A stretch of DNA of 61,169 bases from a virus (Duplodnaviria > Caudoviricetes), in IMG/VR virus record IMGVR_UViG_3300046758_000288, positions 1 through 61,169 of that record. One strand, written 5' to 3'. The notes under the pieces are model-generated. The model did not search any database, was not told where the DNA came from, and saw nothing but the letters and a program-made list of their open reading frames with translations. Both the position numbers and the translations under genes were made by a program. Below, piece by piece: positions 19,124 through 29,118 of the stretch. Position 1 is the stretch's first letter. Each line of letters starts with the position of its first letter.

Positions 19124-19465
19124 ATGCGAGAAAAATTACGCAAATGGTTTAACGTCGATAATGTTATCGACGCAAGTGTTGACCTGTTTTTAATATTGTT
19201 TGATGTGCTTAGTTCGCCTATCCTAATTGTAATGAGGTTGGCACGTTTTGTAATAGGAAACTATTTACTGGGCGGCGTAAAGAACAAAATTAAGCGAGTA
19301 GCACATTGGACAGAAGGCAAGCATCCATTACTACAAATTTGGGTATGGACACTTATAGTATGCGTAGGAGTAGTAATTCTTACATTAATGTGGCTCTTTG
19401 GAACAGCGTTTGGAGAGTTCATAATGGAAGAATGGGGCGATCAAGCATTAAACTTAGATGAATAA
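19124..19465 (+). CDS. Membrane protein
   Basis: Two hydrophobic segments. Confidence 0.6.
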   Translation: MREKLRKWFNVDNVIDASVDLFLILFDVLSSPILIVMRLARFVIGNYLLGGVKNKIKRVAHWTEGKHPLLQIWVWTLIVCVGVVILTLMWLFGTAFGEFIMEEWGDQALNLDE

Positions 19466-19477
19466 GAGGGAAATAAA

Positions 19478-19969
19478 ATGCAACAAAATGAATATGATGT
19501 AAAAGTTATAAAAGTAGTAGACGGTGATACAGTAGATGTAGATATCGATCTAGGATTTGGAGTAACACTAACAGACGAACGTGTAAGAATTATGGGCATT
19601 GATACACCTGAGTCACGCACGAGAGACAAAGTAGAAGACTTGTTTGGTGAAGCGGCTAAAGCACGATTGAAGGAACTTATGGAAGACGGTGGTAAACTTA
19701 TTACTACTGAAAACCGTAAAGGAGAAGATATGAAAGGCAAGTTCGGACGTATCTTAGGAGACTTCAAAGTAGAACGTTTTGAAAACGGTGAGCCAGAACT
19801 TGTAACAGATATTCTAATAGAAGAAGGACATGCAGTAGCATATTTTGGTGGAAGCAAAGAAGAAATACAGCTAAAACACGAAGCAAATAGGCAGAAATTG
19901 CTACGTGAAGGCGTGATCAAACAAGAAGATTACGATGCGGCTGTTAAATTAATGGAAGAAAAAGGTTGA
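19478..19969 (+). CDS. Thermonuclease (SNase-like) family protein
   Basis: VVDGDTVD, RVRIMGIDTPE, GKFGRILG. Confidence 0.9.
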   Translation: MQQNEYDVKVIKVVDGDTVDVDIDLGFGVTLTDERVRIMGIDTPESRTRDKVEDLFGEAAKARLKELMEDGGKLITTENRKGEDMKGKFGRILGDFKVERFENGEPELVTDILIEEGHAVAYFGGSKEEIQLKHEANRQKLLREGVIKQEDYDAAVKLMEEKG

Positions 19970-20052
19970 CAAGATCTTAAAAGGTGCTATAATATACAAA
20001 TACTAAGGAATTAGTATGTTTTTTTAAACCTATATTTGGAGGCATAAACATT

Positions 20053-20298
20053 ATGGCATTTACTAAAATTAAAACAAACCAAAAGACCTTTTTAGAATCA
20101 TATCTTAGAGGCACCGGCAAATCATTGACTTCGGCAGACGCTAAAGCAAGATTTGGCATTCAGCAACTACCAGCAAGAATGAGTGAACTCAAAGCGGCTG
20201 GCTTGAATGTAAAAACATCAGTTGCAACTACTGGTAAAACACGTTATTCAATTACATCACGTGACGTTACTGGTTCAAGAGCAAAAATGTTTGCATAA
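20053..20298 (+). CDS. Small winged-helix DNA-binding protein
   Basis: LTSADAKARFGIQQLPARMSELKAAG; own sigma70 promoter at 19966. Confidence 0.7.
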   Translation: MAFTKIKTNQKTFLESYLRGTGKSLTSADAKARFGIQQLPARMSELKAAGLNVKTSVATTGKTRYSITSRDVTGSRAKMFA

Positions 20299-20304
20299 AA
20301 CTGG

Positions 20305-20368
20305 TTGACAACCTACTAAACTCCTGCTATAATAGTTTTACTATTAACAGAATAGCAGGAGTTTTTTT
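20305..20368 (+). promoter_or_regulatory. sigma70 promoter embedded in a 13-bp inverted repeat/terminator
   Basis: TTGACA-N17-TATAAT; AAACTCCTGCTAT / ATAGCAGGAGTTT + T run. Confidence 0.75.
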
Positions 20369-20803
20369 ATGACTATGTCACTAGCCCGTGGGCTATCAAC
20401 TATCAATACAAAAAAGCCTAAACAGAAAAAACTAACACAGGCAAAACTAGACAAACTTAGAATTCAATGGCGTCAATATAATAAAGATATGCGGCGCAAG
20501 CATTTACATAGTCTTCAATATGATAACTTTGACGACTATGTAGCATACACACAAGGTACTGCAAAGCCTAGAAAGCAACAGTCTCGTGGCGTGTATGATC
20601 CAAACAAACACGGTCCTTACGTAAGAAAGTCACCAGATATTCCTAGCATGGGTGACGGTGTAGGTAGCTATGCACCTAGAAAAGAATCACAAAAGTATAC
20701 AGGCGACCTTATTGTAGGTATCGCAACTATGCATAAATCAAATGCAGTACCAGTAATGCGAGGCACAACACAGGCCAAAGACATTGCTAGTATGCGTCGA
20801 TAA
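20369..20803 (+). CDS. Conserved phage hypothetical protein
   Basis: YTGDLIVGIATMHKSNAVPV motif. Confidence 0.7.
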   Translation: MTMSLARGLSTINTKKPKQKKLTQAKLDKLRIQWRQYNKDMRRKHLHSLQYDNFDDYVAYTQGTAKPRKQQSRGVYDPNKHGPYVRKSPDIPSMGDGVGSYAPRKESQKYTGDLIVGIATMHKSNAVPVMRGTTQAKDIASMRR

Positions 20804-20822
20804 ATAGAGCGAGGGTAAATCA

Positions 20823-21344
20823 ATGCATAAACTAATTATTTGTGCCGCATTATTTGTGGCGACTATCTCTTCAACGTCATCTCTAGATGCAAAAGGATTG
20901 TTCACTTCGGAAGAACGAGCTGAAATGTGGTGCTTGGCACAGAACATTTATTATGAAGCACGTGGCAGTAATAGAGCAGACAGAGTAGCAGTAGCAGATG
21001 TAGTTCTTAATCGTGTAGAAGATACACGTTATCCAAATACAATCTGCGAAGTAGTAAAACAAGGCAAACAAAAGCCTAGTTGGAAAGATCCTACTGTGAT
21101 GGTAATGGTGCGTAATGCATGTCAGTTCTCATGGTATTGTGATGGCAAAGCAGATGATCCAAAGGATTTAGATTCTTGGGTTGATTCACAACAGATTGCA
21201 TATAATATTATAACATGGAATGACGGTCGAGGCTTAACAGAAGGATCAACACATTATCATGCAGATTATGTAAAACCGGAATGGGCCCGTGAGATGCAAT
21301 TGGTCGGACGCATAGGTGTTCATATATTTTATAGGTGGGAGTAA
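20823..21344 (+). CDS. Cell-wall hydrolase, SleB/Hydrolase_2 family
   Basis: CLAQNIYYEARG, VVLNRV, CQFSWYCDG, THYHADYV, IGVHIFY. Confidence 0.9.
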   Translation: MHKLIICAALFVATISSTSSLDAKGLFTSEERAEMWCLAQNIYYEARGSNRADRVAVADVVLNRVEDTRYPNTICEVVKQGKQKPSWKDPTVMVMVRNACQFSWYCDGKADDPKDLDSWVDSQQIAYNIITWNDGRGLTEGSTHYHADYVKPEWAREMQLVGRIGVHIFYRWE

Positions 21345-21386
21345 TCCGCTTAGTTAATTTACCATAGAAAAAGGCTTAAATACTAG

Positions 21387-23558
21387 ATGTTCTTAGCAAT
21401 TTTAACACTCATCACAGCATTGTGTATCAGTGCTGTGGCAATATATTACTCGGTCGCAGGATTGGTTGCAATCTTTGCGGCTGCCGCAATACCCATTATG
21501 ATTATGGGCGGTGTACTTGAAGTAGGTAAACTAGTTACCGCAGTATGGTTACACAAATATTGGAAACAAGCAACATGGTGGCTTAGAAGCTATCTAAGTA
21601 TCGCTGTTGTTGTTTTAATGCTTATTACATCAATGGGCATTTTTGGCTTCCTATCAAAAGCACACATTGAACAAACTAGTGCAAGCGAAGAAAGTATTGC
21701 TAGAATAGAATCTATTGATACTGAGACTGCAAGATTAATGTCAGTTATTGGTAGAGCCGAAAACAAGATACGTGATTTAGAAAACAGTGGTATGGGTGCA
21801 GATGCAAATATCCAATCACAAATTGACAAAGAACAAGAACGTATTGACAAAGCGTTTGAACGTATTCAACCTGCTATCCAACAACAGAATCAAATTATTA
21901 CAGATGCAAGAGCTTCTGATAACAATCGTACTAAACCGTATGAAGATCAACTTGCAAGTATTACAGCAGAGATCTTACGTTTAGAAACTAGTGCAAAAGA
22001 ATACGAAACTAAGATTGAAAATTTAGATACAGACTCAAGCGGTGTAGAACCTCTACTAGCACAGATAGCACAACTAGAAGAGGAAATTATACGTGTCACA
22101 AATCAACTCAACTCAAAAGAACAACAACAAATTAGAGCAGGTCAAGCAATCATTGGTGTCACAAGTGATGGGCTGTTTGGTGGCAACACTAGAACTGCTC
22201 TCGCTAAATGGGTTCAAGGACAAAGAGACAGAATTACACAAATCCAAGGCGAAGTCGCACAAGTACGCAAAGATGCAACAGCACAAGTAGATGCTGAAAG
22301 AGTAAGACTAGCAGACGTAGTTAAAGATATTCGCACAGTGCAAATACCTGCACTGAAAGATCGCGAACTTACTATGTTAGGTAAGATTGATGAAGTGCGT
22401 CAAACTGAATCTCCAGTTATACAAACAGCAAGAGACGAAATACAAAGACTACGTGAGAGTGCAGAATCGCAAGTTGCACAGTCACAAGCTCTTATAGAAA
22501 GATTACAACAACAATTAGCAAATAGAGATAACGCAGACGAAGTTCAAACGGCCATAGACGAACAACTAGAACGTGTTCGAACAGCGTCATTTGAAATTGA
22601 AACATTAACTGATGAGAAGTATGAGCTAGAAGCAGAGTACAGAAAATTAGAAGCAGAAGTAGGCCCTGTAAAATATATTGCAGAGTTTGTTTACGGTGAG
22701 GCCGCAGATAGTAATATGCTTGAAGAAGCAGTACGTTGGGTAATTATTATCATTATCTTTGTATTTGATCCACTAGCAGTCTTACTATTGATAGCAAGCC
22801 AATATACCTTTGAGTTTAGACGTAAACAACTTGAAGATGACGGCGGTGAACGTCTTCGGCTCGAGAGAGAAGAATACGAACGAGCAAGAGCACAACGCAT
22901 AATTGACAACCCTGGCTTTGATATTGATGATTCTGCGCCACCTGCGGAACAAAAGGAAGAAATAGATGACAGAAACGGAATCGAAACCGGAGGAACGGTT
23001 GAAGGCCCTATTGTGTCACCTACCGCTGGAACCGGAGATAGCGGAGGAGACGCTTCCGAGGGAGTGGCTTTGGCCGGAGAAAACAAAGGAGTACAGTTAG
23101 ATGGAGCAATGGATCAATCTACAGATGGCAATATACAAGATGACAATGTGGAATCTAATGAACGAGATAGAGAAGCCAATGATGAGGAAAGTCTATCAGG
23201 ACGGAGCGATGTGGAATCTGACGAAGAACAAGTTCCTAACAGTAGCGAAGCCCAAGAAAGAACTACTACCGAGCAGGACACCAGAGGAAGTGCTACAGCA
23301 TCTGAAGAGGTAGCTGTTAGAGAACTTGAGTATGCAGAAAAAGAAAAAGATGAAACCTACCAAATAAACAAAGAACAATGGAAACAGGATCATCCTAACG
23401 AAACTATTAAATTACAAAAAGCATTATATATTGAAGGCAAGATAGATAAATTGCCTTGGGAATCAGAAGAACCTTTAATCAAACAAGAAACAGGATATAT
23501 ACAGAACGAAGAACAAAATTCAGATAAACTGTGGAATAAGATTAAAGACAATGACTGA
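21387..23558 (+). CDS. Large membrane-anchored coiled-coil protein
   Basis: N-terminal TM helices (SMGIFGFLSKAH), long heptads, EVGPVKYIA, TM FVFDPLAV, acidic tail. Confidence 0.75.
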   Translation: MFLAILTLITALCISAVAIYYSVAGLVAIFAAAAIPIMIMGGVLEVGKLVTAVWLHKYWKQATWWLRSYLSIAVVVLMLITSMGIFGFLSKAHIEQTSASEESIARIESIDTETARLMSVIGRAENKIRDLENSGMGADANIQSQIDKEQERIDKAFERIQPAIQQQNQIITDARASDNNRTKPYEDQLASITAEILRLETSAKEYETKIENLDTDSSGVEPLLAQIAQLEEEIIRVTNQLNSKEQQQIRAGQAIIGVTSDGLFGGNTRTALAKWVQGQRDRITQIQGEVAQVRKDATAQVDAERVRLADVVKDIRTVQIPALKDRELTMLGKIDEVRQTESPVIQTARDEIQRLRESAESQVAQSQALIERLQQQLANRDNADEVQTAIDEQLERVRTASFEIETLTDEKYELEAEYRKLEAEVGPVKYIAEFVYGEAADSNMLEEAVRWVIIIIIFVFDPLAVLLLIASQYTFEFRRKQLEDDGGERLRLEREEYERARAQRIIDNPGFDIDDSAPPAEQKEEIDDRNGIETGGTVEGPIVSPTAGTGDSGGDASEGVALAGENKGVQLDGAMDQSTDGNIQDDNVESNERDREANDEESLSGRSDVESDEEQVPNSSEAQERTTTEQDTRGSATASEEVAVRELEYAEKEKDETYQINKEQWKQDHPNETIKLQKALYIEGKIDKLPWESEEPLIKQETGYIQNEEQNSDKLWNKIKDND

Positions 23559-23949
23559 TATCAAATTAATTACACCACCTGATAGACTCTACACGAACGA
23601 AGCAAGTGTACTTGCTATATACCCAAGTAAGTTTGTAAAAGAAGAATTACAAACAGTGCTTCTAGATGTTGATGTTCCTATTCATTTATACTTGTATGAT
23701 CAAAAGGAAGACGATGACCAATACGAATGGTTAATTGATGTCTTTCAACAAGTTGATTATGTAATATTAGATATTGATAACTGTCCTTCAAATATTAGAG
23801 ATATGGCAAGCTATTTTATGTCAAGAGATAAAACTTTCTGGTTGACAAAAGGAGAGAACCTATTGTATAATATAATAAGTAAGAACCGGGTTTATTCATT
23901 AGAGTTTTTACCAATGCTGTTAGGAGGCAAATTTGAGACAGAACAATAA
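23551..23949 (+). CDS. Hypothetical protein
   Basis: Overlapping ORF. Confidence 0.65.
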   Translation: MTDIKLITPPDRLYTNEASVLAIYPSKFVKEELQTVLLDVDVPIHLYLYDQKEDDDQYEWLIDVFQQVDYVILDIDNCPSNIRDMASYFMSRDKTFWLTKGENLLYNIISKNRVYSLEFLPMLLGGKFETEQ

Positions 23950-24181
23950 AAGAAAAAATTACCAAAAAGGTACACAACCAGACGGTCTAACTGTTGAAGT
24001 ACGTAATGGTGATTTTAATGGTGCAATGCGTAGATTTAAAAAGAAAGTACAAGAAGCAGGCATCATCCAAGAAGTACGTGAAAGACAATTTTATGAAAAG
24101 CCTAGTGCTAAACGTAAGAAAGCAAAAGCCGCAGGCAGAGCCCGTTGGCTTAAAAAACAACGCAAATTAAACGAACTGTAA
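23933..24181 (+). CDS. rpsU: 30S ribosomal protein bS21
   Basis: VEVRNGDFNGAMRRFKKKVQEAGIIQEVRERQFYEKPSAKRK. Confidence 0.9.
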   Translation: MRQNNKRKNYQKGTQPDGLTVEVRNGDFNGAMRRFKKKVQEAGIIQEVRERQFYEKPSAKRKKAKAAGRARWLKKQRKLNEL

Positions 24182-24192
24182 GGTAACGCAAC

Positions 24193-24771
24193 ATGGCAAT
24201 GAATGCAGAACCTTGGTTTCCTAGTGTTATATGGAACGCTAACACACAAGGACTTGATAACAGTGTTTTAAAATCTTATGCATACGAACGTAAAAAAACT
24301 GATGTTGGCCGCAGTATTAGTAATTACGGCGGTTGGCAAAGTAGTGATGTTCGTCCCGGTGATTGTGCTGAACTAGATAAACTTGTTGAATATTTAGAAG
24401 CTGAACTAAATGAAATAGCAACTGGTGTTGGACTAAAACCAATTACTGTTTATAACTTATGGATAAACATTAATCCACCCGGTAGTTATAATGTTGAACA
24501 CAATCATATGAATTCTGTTTTAAGTGGAGTTTATTATATCGATGCACACGAGTCTCAAGGCAATATCAATTTTATGAGAAATGACGGTGCTGAATATCAT
24601 TTGCAAGATAATATAGTTGAGCAAGTTCATCACTTTAATTCTTCCAAAACAACATATCCTGCAAAGACCGGAGCATTGTATGTTTTTCCCGGATGGTTAA
24701 AACACAGTGTAGACGGTAACAGTACTGATAAAGACAGAATTAGTATATCGTTTAACACAGGTGTTAAATGA
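24193..24771 (+). CDS. 2OG-Fe(II) oxygenase-like (TIGR02466-type)
   Basis: WININ, HNH, SGVYY, FPGWLKHSV, RISISFN. Confidence 0.85.
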   Translation: MAMNAEPWFPSVIWNANTQGLDNSVLKSYAYERKKTDVGRSISNYGGWQSSDVRPGDCAELDKLVEYLEAELNEIATGVGLKPITVYNLWININPPGSYNVEHNHMNSVLSGVYYIDAHESQGNINFMRNDGAEYHLQDNIVEQVHHFNSSKTTYPAKTGALYVFPGWLKHSVDGNSTDKDRISISFNTGVK

Positions 24772-24986
24772 GTGACGTAGCGGCAATATCACCAATCAAT
24801 GTTATAAGTGCATATACTAGGGTAACACCGACAGGTCCACATGAAACAGTAACACATGTTAAACACACACAGCAAGATGGCGGATCAGTCAAAGTACAAT
24901 CGATAAGTTATACAACTTACAATGTTAGAGGTGAACTACAAGCACCTCAAAAGCCAGTAGGCTCAAACTTAGATATAATGATATAA
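24768..24986 (+). CDS. Hypothetical protein
   Basis: Overlapping ORF. Confidence 0.55.
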   Translation: MSDVAAISPINVISAYTRVTPTGPHETVTHVKHTQQDGGSVKVQSISYTTYNVRGELQAPQKPVGSNLDIMI

Positions 24987-24997
24987 AGGTAAAAAAA

Positions 24998-26149
24998 ATG
25001 CGTATTGAAGAAGATATGAAACTTGACTACAAGGATGTTCTTATTCGTCCTAAGCGAAGCACACTAGGTAGTCGTAAGGAAGTAGATCTTGAACGTGGAT
25101 TTACATTTCGTAATTACAAACCAGAGTTTCCAGATAACGCAGTATACAGACACTATCGTGGTGTTCCTATTATGGCTTCTAATATGGATGGTGTCGGCAC
25201 ATTTGAAATGGCTGATACACTTGCTAAACAAAAGATTATGACTTGTTTAGTTAAGACATATGCAGTAAATGAGTTAGTTAATTTTTTCGATAGTGTGATG
25301 CACGAGCGTACAGAATATGTTGCAATGAGCATTGGTATTACAGATGCAGATCATCTAAAGTTTAGAAATGTATACGAACAAACAGGCAATCAATTGAAGT
25401 ATGTTTGTATTGATGTAGCAAATGGTTATTCCGAGAGATTTGCTACGTTTGTAAAAGAATTTAGAAACCAGTATCCTAACATCGTTATTATTGCAGGTAA
25501 TGTAGTTACTGGTGAAATGACAGAGGAGTTAATTCTAAGTGGAGCAGATATTGTTAAAGTTGGTATTGGCCCTGGGAGTGTTTGCACTACTCGTATCCAA
25601 ACTGGCGTTGGTTACCCTCAGCTTTCTGCTGTTATCGAATGTGCAGACGCCGCTCACGGCCTTGGCGGTCACGTTATCGCTGATGGTGGCTGTACTTGTC
25701 CTGGTGATGTGGCTAAAGCATTTGCTGGAGGTGCTGATTTCGTTATGCTAGGAGGCATGCTTGCTGGGCACGATGAAGGCGGTGGCGAAGTAATCACTAG
25801 ACATTATGTAACAAATGAAATAGAATATGAAGTTGGCAATCATTTAGATAATCGCAAACAAAAAGTAGAAGAAAAAAAGTTTGTACAGTTCTACGGAATG
25901 TCAAGTGAAAGCGCAAATGACAAGCACTTTGGTGGCTTGAAGGAGTATAGAAGCAGTGAAGGAAGAACGGTTCTTGTGCCTTACAGAGGCTCAGTGGAAA
26001 CCACTACTCAAAATATATTGGGTGGTGTGCGTAGTACTTGTACTTATGCTGGCGCAGTGCGATTGAAACACCTAATGAGATGTGCAACATTTGTACGTTG
26101 TACACAAACTCACAATGGCGTTTATGAAAAATCAACAATAGGTAACTGA
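24998..26149 (+). CDS. guaC: GMP reductase
   Basis: [45 protein letters not shown]. Confidence 0.95.
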   Translation: MRIEEDMKLDYKDVLIRPKRSTLGSRKEVDLERGFTFRNYKPEFPDNAVYRHYRGVPIMASNMDGVGTFEMADTLAKQKIMTCLVKTYAVNELVNFFDSVMHERTEYVAMSIGITDADHLKFRNVYEQTGNQLKYVCIDVANGYSERFATFVKEFRNQYPNIVIIAGNVVTGEMTEELILSGADIVKVGIGPGSVCTTRIQTGVGYPQLSAVIECADAAHGLGGHVIADGGCTCPGDVAKAFAGGADFVMLGGMLAGHDEGGGEVITRHYVTNEIEYEVGNHLDNRKQKVEEKKFVQFYGMSSESANDKHFGGLKEYRSSEGRTVLVPYRGSVETTTQNILGGVRSTCTYAGAVRLKHLMRCATFVRCTQTHNGVYEKSTIGN

Positions 26150-26823
26150 TGATTTATTATGAACCTGTTCCAATAGAAGAACACAGTAATCTTATTGGTG
26201 ATAATTTTAGCAAAAGATTCGCAGAAGAAATGTATGAATACTATCGTCCTTTTATTAAAAAAGGTAGGACTATTCAACTTGCAAAAGAAACTTGGGAGTA
26301 TGCTGTTGCTGATAGTATTGATAGCGGAGAGTGGGTTGGCGCAGGAAAAAACATTATTGATGTAAAAGCACCTAACCTTGACATTGATGTTAAAGGTTTG
26401 AGTTGCGGGCATATTGCTGGCACTACTACAGAAGCAAGTATTTTACAAAACAATAAATTAGAAAACGATAACTTTGCAACTTTGTTTGAAAACAAAGACT
26501 TTCAGAGTTTAAAGGATATGTTTGTTGATCCGTTTGTTGAAAAAATAAAAGGAACAACTAATTTACACATACTTTGTGCAGTAAGAGAAAAGAAAGCACA
26601 CAAGGTACACTATTGTTTGTTAAAAGTTGTAGAAAAGCCTAACAAAAACTTTGTGAAAGAAATGTATATGGATGCAAAACGCAGTGTAAGCGTACCAATG
26701 ATAGATCCTAAGTATGGCCGAACATACTTATATATTCCTAAAAGAAGGTTAGAGATTAGACTAAAAATGGACGAAATGTCTAAGTTTAGTGTCTTTTCAC
26801 ATTCAATAGATTTAGAAGAATAG
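26149..26823 (+). CDS. Hypothetical protein, possible restriction-endonuclease-like fold
   Basis: WEY..D, IIDV, DIDVKG pattern. Confidence 0.45.
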   Translation: MIYYEPVPIEEHSNLIGDNFSKRFAEEMYEYYRPFIKKGRTIQLAKETWEYAVADSIDSGEWVGAGKNIIDVKAPNLDIDVKGLSCGHIAGTTTEASILQNNKLENDNFATLFENKDFQSLKDMFVDPFVEKIKGTTNLHILCAVREKKAHKVHYCLLKVVEKPNKNFVKEMYMDAKRSVSVPMIDPKYGRTYLYIPKRRLEIRLKMDEMSKFSVFSHSIDLEE

Positions 26824-26861
26824 CATGGTAAATAATTTTATAAACAAGGAGATAGAGATAC

Positions 26862-28514
26862 ATGTCTGAAGCAGACTTAACTTCAAAAATGGTACGGTTT
26901 GGTGAAGAGAATCGTACTGCTTTATTAGAAGGTGTTAACATACTTTCAAACGCTGTTAGGACTACACTAGGTCCTAAAGGTCGTAATGTAATTATTCAAG
27001 TACCGTTGAAACAACCAGTAGTTACAAAAGACGGTGTTACAGTAGCTCAAGAAGTTATGTTAGACGACCCATTAGAAAACATGGGCGCACAAATGGTATT
27101 AGAAGCCGCAAGAAGAACTAATACTGATGCTGGTGATGGCACTACTACAGCTACAGTTTTAACACAAGCAATTATCACTGAAGGATTAAAACTTGTAACA
27201 GCTGGTATGAATCCTATGGATTTAAAAAGAGGTATTGATGCAACTGTAGAAGTTATTGCTGATAACTTAGATAAGCAATCACAACCTTGCACATCTAAAG
27301 AAGATTTAGAAAATGTCGCTAGTTTATCTGCAAACTCTGATAGAGCCATTGGTGAAAAAATTGCTGATGCTTTAATGAAAGTCGGAACTAATGGTGCAGT
27401 ATCAGTTGATATACACGCTGATAGAAAAGACCATGTTGAAATTGTTAAAGGTTGTAGATTTGACAGAGGCTATATGAGTCCTTATTTTTCTAACAACTTA
27501 GAAGATATGACTATTGTTCATGAAAATGCATTAATATTATTATACGATAAAAAGATTACTACTCTTAATCCTTTAATTAAATTATTTGAACAAGTAGCAA
27601 CTACAGGATTAGCATTGATAATCATTGCAGAAGATATTGAACCTGATGCATTAAATGTTTTAGTACAAAATCATACGAGTGGTGCATTTAAGGTAGCCGC
27701 AGTTGTTGCTCCAGGATATGCTGATAGAAGACTTCCGATACTAGAAGACATTGCAACACTTACAGGTGGTAATGTTATTTCAGATGAACTTAATCGAAGT
27801 TTAGAAGATGCACAAGTTACTGACTTAGGTAAAGCAGAACGAGTTGAAATTGGTAATCTGTTTACTACAATTATCGGTGGCCGTGGTGATCCAGAAAAAA
27901 TAAAAGAACGTATAACACTTATTAAAAATCATTTATTTTCAGCATCAAATGATCATAACGCAAACAAATTAAAAGAAAGACTATCATCAATGGATGGCGG
28001 AGTTGCAATTATTAAAGCAGGCGGCTCATCAAAAATAGAAGCCATGGAAAAGAAAGATAGATATGTAGATTCATTACATGCGACAAGTGCGGCAAGAGAA
28101 CAGGGCATTGTACCTGGCGGTGGTGTTGCACTACTTAACGCAGTAAAGGATATCCAAGTAAGTGATCTTAACTTAGTAAACTTGGATCAAGAAGCAGGTG
28201 CTAAAATTGTACTAAAAGCAGTTGAAGCACCTATTCGACAAATAACTAGCAATGCTGGCGGAGCGCCTGATGTAGTAGTTGATAGTATATTTAAATCAAC
28301 AGAAAATACATTTGGCTATGATGCGGCAACTGATAGTTATGGTAACATGTACGACTTAGGAATTATTGATCCTGTTAAAGTAACACGAAGTGCATTACTA
28401 AATGCATCTAGTGTAGCAGGCTTGTTAATAACTTCTGAGTGCAGTCTTACTGACATTATGCCTGTACATGAACGTCTCGGAAGAATAAAAAACGAAAAGA
28501 CGGTTGTTCTCTGA
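26862..28514 (+). CDS. groEL: Group I chaperonin
   Basis: TLGPKGRNV, TKDGVTVA, AGDGTTTAT, FDRGYMSPYF, GIVPGGG, GIIDPVKV. Confidence 0.95.
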   Translation: MSEADLTSKMVRFGEENRTALLEGVNILSNAVRTTLGPKGRNVIIQVPLKQPVVTKDGVTVAQEVMLDDPLENMGAQMVLEAARRTNTDAGDGTTTATVLTQAIITEGLKLVTAGMNPMDLKRGIDATVEVIADNLDKQSQPCTSKEDLENVASLSANSDRAIGEKIADALMKVGTNGAVSVDIHADRKDHVEIVKGCRFDRGYMSPYFSNNLEDMTIVHENALILLYDKKITTLNPLIKLFEQVATTGLALIIIAEDIEPDALNVLVQNHTSGAFKVAAVVAPGYADRRLPILEDIATLTGGNVISDELNRSLEDAQVTDLGKAERVEIGNLFTTIIGGRGDPEKIKERITLIKNHLFSASNDHNANKLKERLSSMDGGVAIIKAGGSSKIEAMEKKDRYVDSLHATSAAREQGIVPGGGVALLNAVKDIQVSDLNLVNLDQEAGAKIVLKAVEAPIRQITSNAGGAPDVVVDSIFKSTENTFGYDAATDSYGNMYDLGIIDPVKVTRSALLNASSVAGLLITSECSLTDIMPVHERLGRIKNEKTVVL

Positions 28515-28525
28515 GATAAATAAAG

Positions 28526-28554
28526 TTGACATTATAGTAAAAAGAGTTTATTAT
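28526..28554 (+). promoter_or_regulatory. sigma70-type promoter of hsp20
   Basis: TTGACA-N17-TATTAT. Confidence 0.7.
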
Positions 28555-28558
28555 AATG

Positions 28559-28615
28559 TTGTAGTGCCGAAAGGGCTACAAATTAAATCTTGCTTAATTA
28601 AGGAGAAAAAATATG
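28559..28615 (+). promoter_or_regulatory. ROSE-like RNA thermometer
   Basis: TCTTGCTT-AATT-AAGGAGA: U(U/C)GCU with bulged G opposite the SD; upstream GAAA-loop hairpin. Confidence 0.75.
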
Positions 28616-29071
28616 ACAAGACTAACAACTCTAGACCTACCCAACTTTAACAGAGCTACTATTGGCTTTGATAGACTATTTAATGAACTTGAAAGAGGTT
28701 TTGCAAATAGCCCAAACGGAAACGGGTATCCTCCATACAACATTGCACAAATTGACGAAGATGAGTATATGATCTCATTGGCTGTTGCCGGCTTTGGTAT
28801 GGACAATCTTTCAATTGAAAAAGATGGAAACACTTTAAAGATTGAAGGTACTGCTCCTAAAGGAGACGATGATGTCAATTACCTACACAAAGGTATTGGC
28901 GGACGCAACTTCCGCAGAGAGTTTACACTTGCAGATCACGTAGATGTAGTTACTGCAAACTTAGAACTAGGTATGCTAAATGTACACCTAAAGCGTGAGC
29001 TTCCAGAAGAGCTACAACCTAAGAAAATTAAGATCAATGACGGTCTTACAATCGAGGGAGAAAGCAAGTAA
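28613..29071 (+). CDS. ibpA: Small heat-shock protein (Hsp20/IbpA)
   Basis: IGFDRLF, YPPYNI, LAVAGF, YLHKGI, FTLAD, GMLNV. Confidence 0.95.
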   Translation: MTRLTTLDLPNFNRATIGFDRLFNELERGFANSPNGNGYPPYNIAQIDEDEYMISLAVAGFGMDNLSIEKDGNTLKIEGTAPKGDDDVNYLHKGIGGRNFRREFTLADHVDVVTANLELGMLNVHLKRELPEELQPKKIKINDGLTIEGESK

Positions 29072-29079
29072 AGCGTCTA

Positions 29080-29104
29080 GGGGGGTGGTAACGCCCCCCA
29101 TTTA
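29080..29104 (+). terminator. Probable terminator
   Basis: GGGGGG..CCCCCC hairpin, weak U-tail. Confidence 0.5.
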
Positions 29105-29118
29105 CTTAGGAGAAACAA

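Noticed and set aside
26824-26861. CIRCE or sigma32 heat-shock control of groEL
   Set aside because: No TTAGCACTC-N9-GAGTGCTAA or clear sigma32 boxes; only a TAAATA late-type motif.
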